From a virus, in the IMG/VR virus record IMGVR_UViG_3300014627_000002, positions 1 to 64,000 of that record: a stretch of DNA of 64,000 bases, one strand, 5' to 3'. Within the stretch, counting starts at the first letter, position 1. Every line of letters starts with the position of its first letter. Both the position numbers and the translations under genes were made by a program. This document shows positions 61,171 to 64,000 of the stretch, piece by piece. The notes beneath the pieces were generated by a model that was not told where the DNA came from, did no database searches, and was given only the letters and a program-made list of their open reading frames with translations.

Positions 61171-61479
61171 ATGAAAGCGACTGAGTTTGTTAAGGAATTT
61201 GGGTGGGAACGTGCGAAAAGAGAAGTTGCATTGATTGGAACGATTGCAGTTATTACAGGTGATCGAAACTGGTTGTCTGACTTAAAACGCCTTGTCGAGA
61301 GTCATGAGCTTGTCATTGTTTGGCGAATGCCTGAAGCCTGGAGCGGGGATTACGATGGGGATGTGAATGGCTTAGAGGGCGCAAATATGTACTTGGAAAT
61401 GTACGGTAATTATGAGTTGGTGGGGGAAGAATTGGAGCGATTTAAACAAGCCATCGCAGACGTGGAGGCATGCCAATGA
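61171..61479 (+). CDS. hypothetical protein
   Basis: The ATG at 61171 has an AGGGGG RBS. Confidence 0.55.
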   Translation: MKATEFVKEFGWERAKREVALIGTIAVITGDRNWLSDLKRLVESHELVIVWRMPEAWSGDYDGDVNGLEGANMYLEMYGNYELVGEELERFKQAIADVEACQ

Positions 61480-61919
61480 TTAAACAATTAGAACCAGCAG
61501 AAATTATCCGTGATCAATACGGTTTTTGGATTCATCCAGTATTCAGTGAATATTTGAATCGTGTAATTGGTGATACTGAGTGTATGACAGGCGAACAGCA
61601 TGAAGAATTAAAACGTTATTTTAATGTTGAATTTTCAAAGGTTGAAATGGAGTTTGATGCTCCAGAAGAAATCGCTAGTCGTTATTGGGATCATGAAGAA
61701 CTTGAAGCAGTCGCTTGCTGGAATCCAAATAAACCTAAAGGAGATTGTGATTGGTTTTTAGTGTCAATCAACGACACAGAGGATGGCCCCGTAGCTTGGT
61801 GGGCTAAACCTAAAAACACTATAGATAGCTTTATTAATGACGGCGGTTTTGACCAAGCATTTAAAGATGTATTTGATTTGCCTGACTCAGTTAAGCAAAG
61901 TTTGAAGGAAGTATCATGA
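61470..61919 (+). CDS. hypothetical protein
   Basis: 149-aa ORF overlapping its upstream neighbour. Confidence 0.6.
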   Translation: MPMIKQLEPAEIIRDQYGFWIHPVFSEYLNRVIGDTECMTGEQHEELKRYFNVEFSKVEMEFDAPEEIASRYWDHEELEAVACWNPNKPKGDCDWFLVSINDTEDGPVAWWAKPKNTIDSFINDGGFDQAFKDVFDLPDSVKQSLKEVS

Positions 61920-62011
61920 ATCTGATTGAGCAATTGGGTGGATATGATTTTGTTAAGGTAGCCATGTTCTGCACAGTAAGGATGAAAACATCCTATAACT
62001 TATTAAAGTAA
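61916..62011 (+). pseudogene. 31-codon truncated paralogue of the MNLIE-family gene
   Basis: MNLIEQLGGYDFVKVAMFCTVRMKTSYNLLK compared with MNLIEKCGGQGPAEII... (58895). ATGA-coupled; similarity is lost after ~10 codons. Confidence 0.35.
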
Positions 62012-62141
62012 GTTGCTAACCATCCCAACCTTCATAAGCTTTGAGGGTTGGCACAGATATATGAGATTGAGCTTTGTAGTTCATTAGCGTATGTCTTATA
62101 AGATATACAGCAGTATATTATAAAAAAATAAAATTTCTTAA

Positions 62142-62399
62142 TTAATAAGTATGCTTTTCTAATGTACTAATTCGTTTAATTAATGACTCTTTAGAAACTT
62201 CTAGCTTAGCTACTATCTCTTCAAGATTGGATATCCTGTTTATTAAACTATTGGACTGATCATTATCTTGAAAAGTTGTTTCAAGCCGCAGAATAAGCTC
62301 AGTAGTTAATGTTCTCCCATTTTCCTTAGCGGCTTGATCCAGCTTATCTTTTAATTCGGCAGGGATTCTAAAATTAACTTGGGGGTCGGTGCGTGCCAT
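62142..62399 (-). CDS. Arc-like ribbon-helix-helix repressor with coiled-coil tail
   Basis: DPQVNFRIPAELKDKLDQAAKENGRTLTTELILRLE closely parallels P22 Arc (PQFNLRWPREVLDLVRKVAEENGRSVNSEI). Reverse orientation. Confidence 0.7.
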   Translation of the reverse strand: MARTDPQVNFRIPAELKDKLDQAAKENGRTLTTELILRLETTFQDNDQSNSLINRISNLEEIVAKLEVSKESLIKRISTLEKHTY

Positions 62400-62494
62400 A
62401 TATAAGTTCTAAAAAAATATAAATAGAATATAATGTGCTATAAAGAAATAGTCAAAAATAAATGTGCACCAAGAATAAACAATTCAAAAAATCA

Positions 62495-62539
62495 GGAATA
62501 GCTTTTAAACGCCGTTTTTATCTTGGCCAGAATATAGTC
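62495..62539 (+). promoter_or_regulatory. late-operon box, weak copy
   Basis: GGAATAGCTTTTAAAC has no A-run after the box; AGAATATAG at +34; start at 62551. Confidence 0.3.
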
Positions 62540-62550
62540 ATCCCATACAG

Positions 62551-63075
62551 GTGATGACTATGTTTAACGTAATCAAGAATCTTAAAGACTCAATAACCCT
62601 TATTTTGGTGCTGGTCCTGATTGGGCTTGTAGTGATTTCAATGACTACATGCTCACATTACAGGGACGCCGTAGCTGATCTTGAAGCTATAGCAAAACAG
62701 CAGATTGAACAAAATAAAGTATTGAAACTTCAATACCAGGCAGAAGCTTTACTTAAAGAGCTGGCTTGGAAAGAAAAGGAACGGCAAGCTTATGAAAAAT
62801 TCACTCAAGAACTTCAGACTATCAGCGCTTACTACACTGGTAATAAGCAGCTTCTTGATCGGTTGCAGTACAACACCACAGAAACCATCAAATATCTGTC
62901 CACAATGGAACCACAAGCCCGTGAGGACTACGTTAAGGCCCAATCAGACGGCGCTATCGAAGGTACAGCCTTACTTGTTGAAGCAGATCGAATTGCAAGA
63001 GAGTACGATGCAGAAATCGAAAGAATAATTAAGAGCTGTTCAAGTGGTGAAGACCCGCCACAAGATCAGGAATAG
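62551..63075 (+). CDS. i-spanin (Rz-like)
   Basis: N-terminal TM ITLILVLVLIGLVVISM followed by a long coiled coil; contains an embedded lipoprotein ORF. Confidence 0.7.
   Translation: MMTMFNVIKNLKDSITLILVLVLIGLVVISMTTCSHYRDAVADLEAIAKQQIEQNKVLKLQYQAEALLKELAWKEKERQAYEKFTQELQTISAYYTGNKQLLDRLQYNTTETIKYLSTMEPQAREDYVKAQSDGAIEGTALLVEADRIAREYDAEIERIIKSCSSGEDPPQDQE
62792..63028 (+). CDS. o-spanin (Rz1-like lipoprotein) embedded in +1 frame of Rz
   Basis: Signal peptide plus lipobox LVISSFLIGC|S. The mature part is Pro-rich (TTPQKPSNICPQWNHKPVRTTLRP). The ORF lies entirely inside 62551..63075. Confidence 0.7.
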   Translation: MKNSLKNFRLSALTTLVISSFLIGCSTTPQKPSNICPQWNHKPVRTTLRPNQTALSKVQPYLLKQIELQESTMQKSKE

Positions 63076-63113
63076 AAAAAAAAGCGATTTTCTGTATCAA
63101 CCACAATAGCCCT
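63069..63113 (+). promoter_or_regulatory. late-operon box (copy 10)
   Basis: GGAATAGAAAAAAAAG overlaps the Rz stop codon; ACAATAGCCC at +34. TAGCCCTA (63107-63114) / TAGGGCTA (63128-63135) plus TTTT lies before the ATG at 63141. Confidence 0.6.
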
Positions 63114-63140
63114 AGATAGAAATTATTTAGGGCTATTTTC

Positions 63141-64000
63141 ATGGCTGGACGTAAAACAAAACCGATTACTTTTAATCTCGCTGATCGTGGTCGCCAGTAC
63201 ACCGGTCAGGACCGTAGTAACGTAAGCCTGAAAGCATGGATTGATGTGTTCAATTCCAATGAAACACAGGAAATGATTGAAACAGGCAGTATGCTCGGCT
63301 ATTACGGTCATCAAGTCCGTATGCTGTTCGGCCTGACACCGCCAGAAACCGTACTGGTAGATGGCAAGTTGATTACCATTAGTCCCGCCGTGCGCACGAT
63401 TGAATTACATGCTGATCAGGACGGCAATGTTACCCATCGTGAAGAATTTTTAGATACGCCAGAGGGTGAATATGCACTACAAAAATATAAGGCTCGGGTA
63501 GGTGGTTTTAGCTTTGCGCATGATTATGTAGGCAGGGGTGGAGTAGTTATCCCGACATCATGCGGGGGCGCTGACTATGTTTTACAGCCCAACTATGCCG
63601 GCAATATCGGTGACGGCGTATTACTGGATGGAGTGCTTAAAGAAGGCTCTATACGCAATCTGATGGAGCTGGACCTGCTTCAGATGTATGACAGTATCCA
63701 TGAAACTAATTTTGCATTGCATTTAGCAGATAGCAATATGATGCGTGCAATCGAAAGTGAGAACAAACTTCTTGAATTTCAGGAAAATGAAAAGCGCCGC
63801 AAACAGTTAGTAGGGCAAAAAGAACAGAACCTACTTGATTCAGCTTTATGTCAAACAGTAAGTCTTGATGAATACATGCAGCATGGTAAAGCCTTCATTG
63901 CAGACGGCGTAAATGTCGTAACGAGTATTGAACCGAAGGAGAGTGAACCACACGACAGTAAGTTCAAGATCCGGACTGGCATTTTCGGTATGTTCGGATA
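63141..64000 (+). CDS. 5-prime part of a head-morphogenesis gene (prohead protease/scaffold-type, tentative); runs off the window
   Basis: Open frame from the ATG at 63141 to the window end (MAGRKTKPITFNL...GSMLGYYGHQVRMLFG...), absent from the ORF track because no stop is reached. Late box upstream; coiled-coil region ENKLLEFQENEKRRKQL. Confidence 0.35.
   Translation, partial: MAGRKTKPITFNLADRGRQYTGQDRSNVSLKAWIDVFNSNETQEMIETGSMLGYYGHQVRMLFGLTPPETVLVDGKLITISPAVRTIELHADQDGNVTHREEFLDTPEGEYALQKYKARVGGFSFAHDYVGRGGVVIPTSCGGADYVLQPNYAGNIGDGVLLDGVLKEGSIRNLMELDLLQMYDSIHETNFALHLADSNMMRAIESENKLLEFQENEKRRKQLVGQKEQNLLDSALCQTVSLDEYMQHGKAFIADGVNVVTSIEPKESEPHDSKFKIRTGIFGMFG

Noticed and set aside
1-64000. 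Search by eye for tRNA genes, an integrase, a large terminase, a major capsid protein, reverse transcriptase/DGR, and known multi-gene defence systems (cas, CBASS cyclase, TIR, Abi, R-M nucleases)
   Set aside because: I recognised no T-loop-like GGTTCGAAT motifs or diagnostic protein motifs. Absence cannot be proven without tRNAscan, HMM searches and the rest of the replicon. TerL and capsid genes presumably lie beyond the right edge.

Overview
AT-rich (about 40% GC by eye) 64-kb segment of a temperate tailed phage. It also carries a complete low-copy plasmid maintenance block, so it looks like a phage-plasmid. The host is probably Acinetobacter or a relative; this is inferred only from the Rep_3 iteron replicon type, the ISL3 element and base composition.

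Left third: contractile-tail baseplate genes (gp25/W-, J-, I- and V-spike-like), an ISL3 insertion with an 8-bp target duplication, and a portal-like gene. These are followed by a late-expressed block of giant proteins: a 1103-aa protein, a pyrophosphatase-ParB fusion, and a 2117-aa methyltransferase-helicase resembling P1 DarB.

Middle: holins plus a GH19 endolysin; oriV iterons, Rep_3 and a second iteron array; a serine recombinase; ParG-like and ParA proteins; Erf; a cI-like/Cro-like switch; O-like and DnaC-like replication genes; and two orphan DNA methyltransferases.

Right third: about 45 small early/middle genes, including Fis-like, FtsK-gamma/DUF551, VRR-NUC, XRE, many Cys-rich proteins, a tentative ADP-ribosyltransferase-like protein and a third methyltransferase. 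It also holds a 701-aa muralytic virion protein, embedded Rz/Rz1 spanins and the start of a head-morphogenesis gene.

I saw no large terminase, major capsid, integrase, tRNA or CRISPR array in the window.

The most striking non-coding signal is three recurrent intergenic motif families:
- a rigidly spaced late-operon leader cassette (12 copies);
- TGAACA-repeat arrays (7 loci, including the parA promoter);
- TATGCG/CGCATA palindromes (about 10 promoters, including the cI/cro region).

All functional calls come from by-eye motif recognition. No database search was run.
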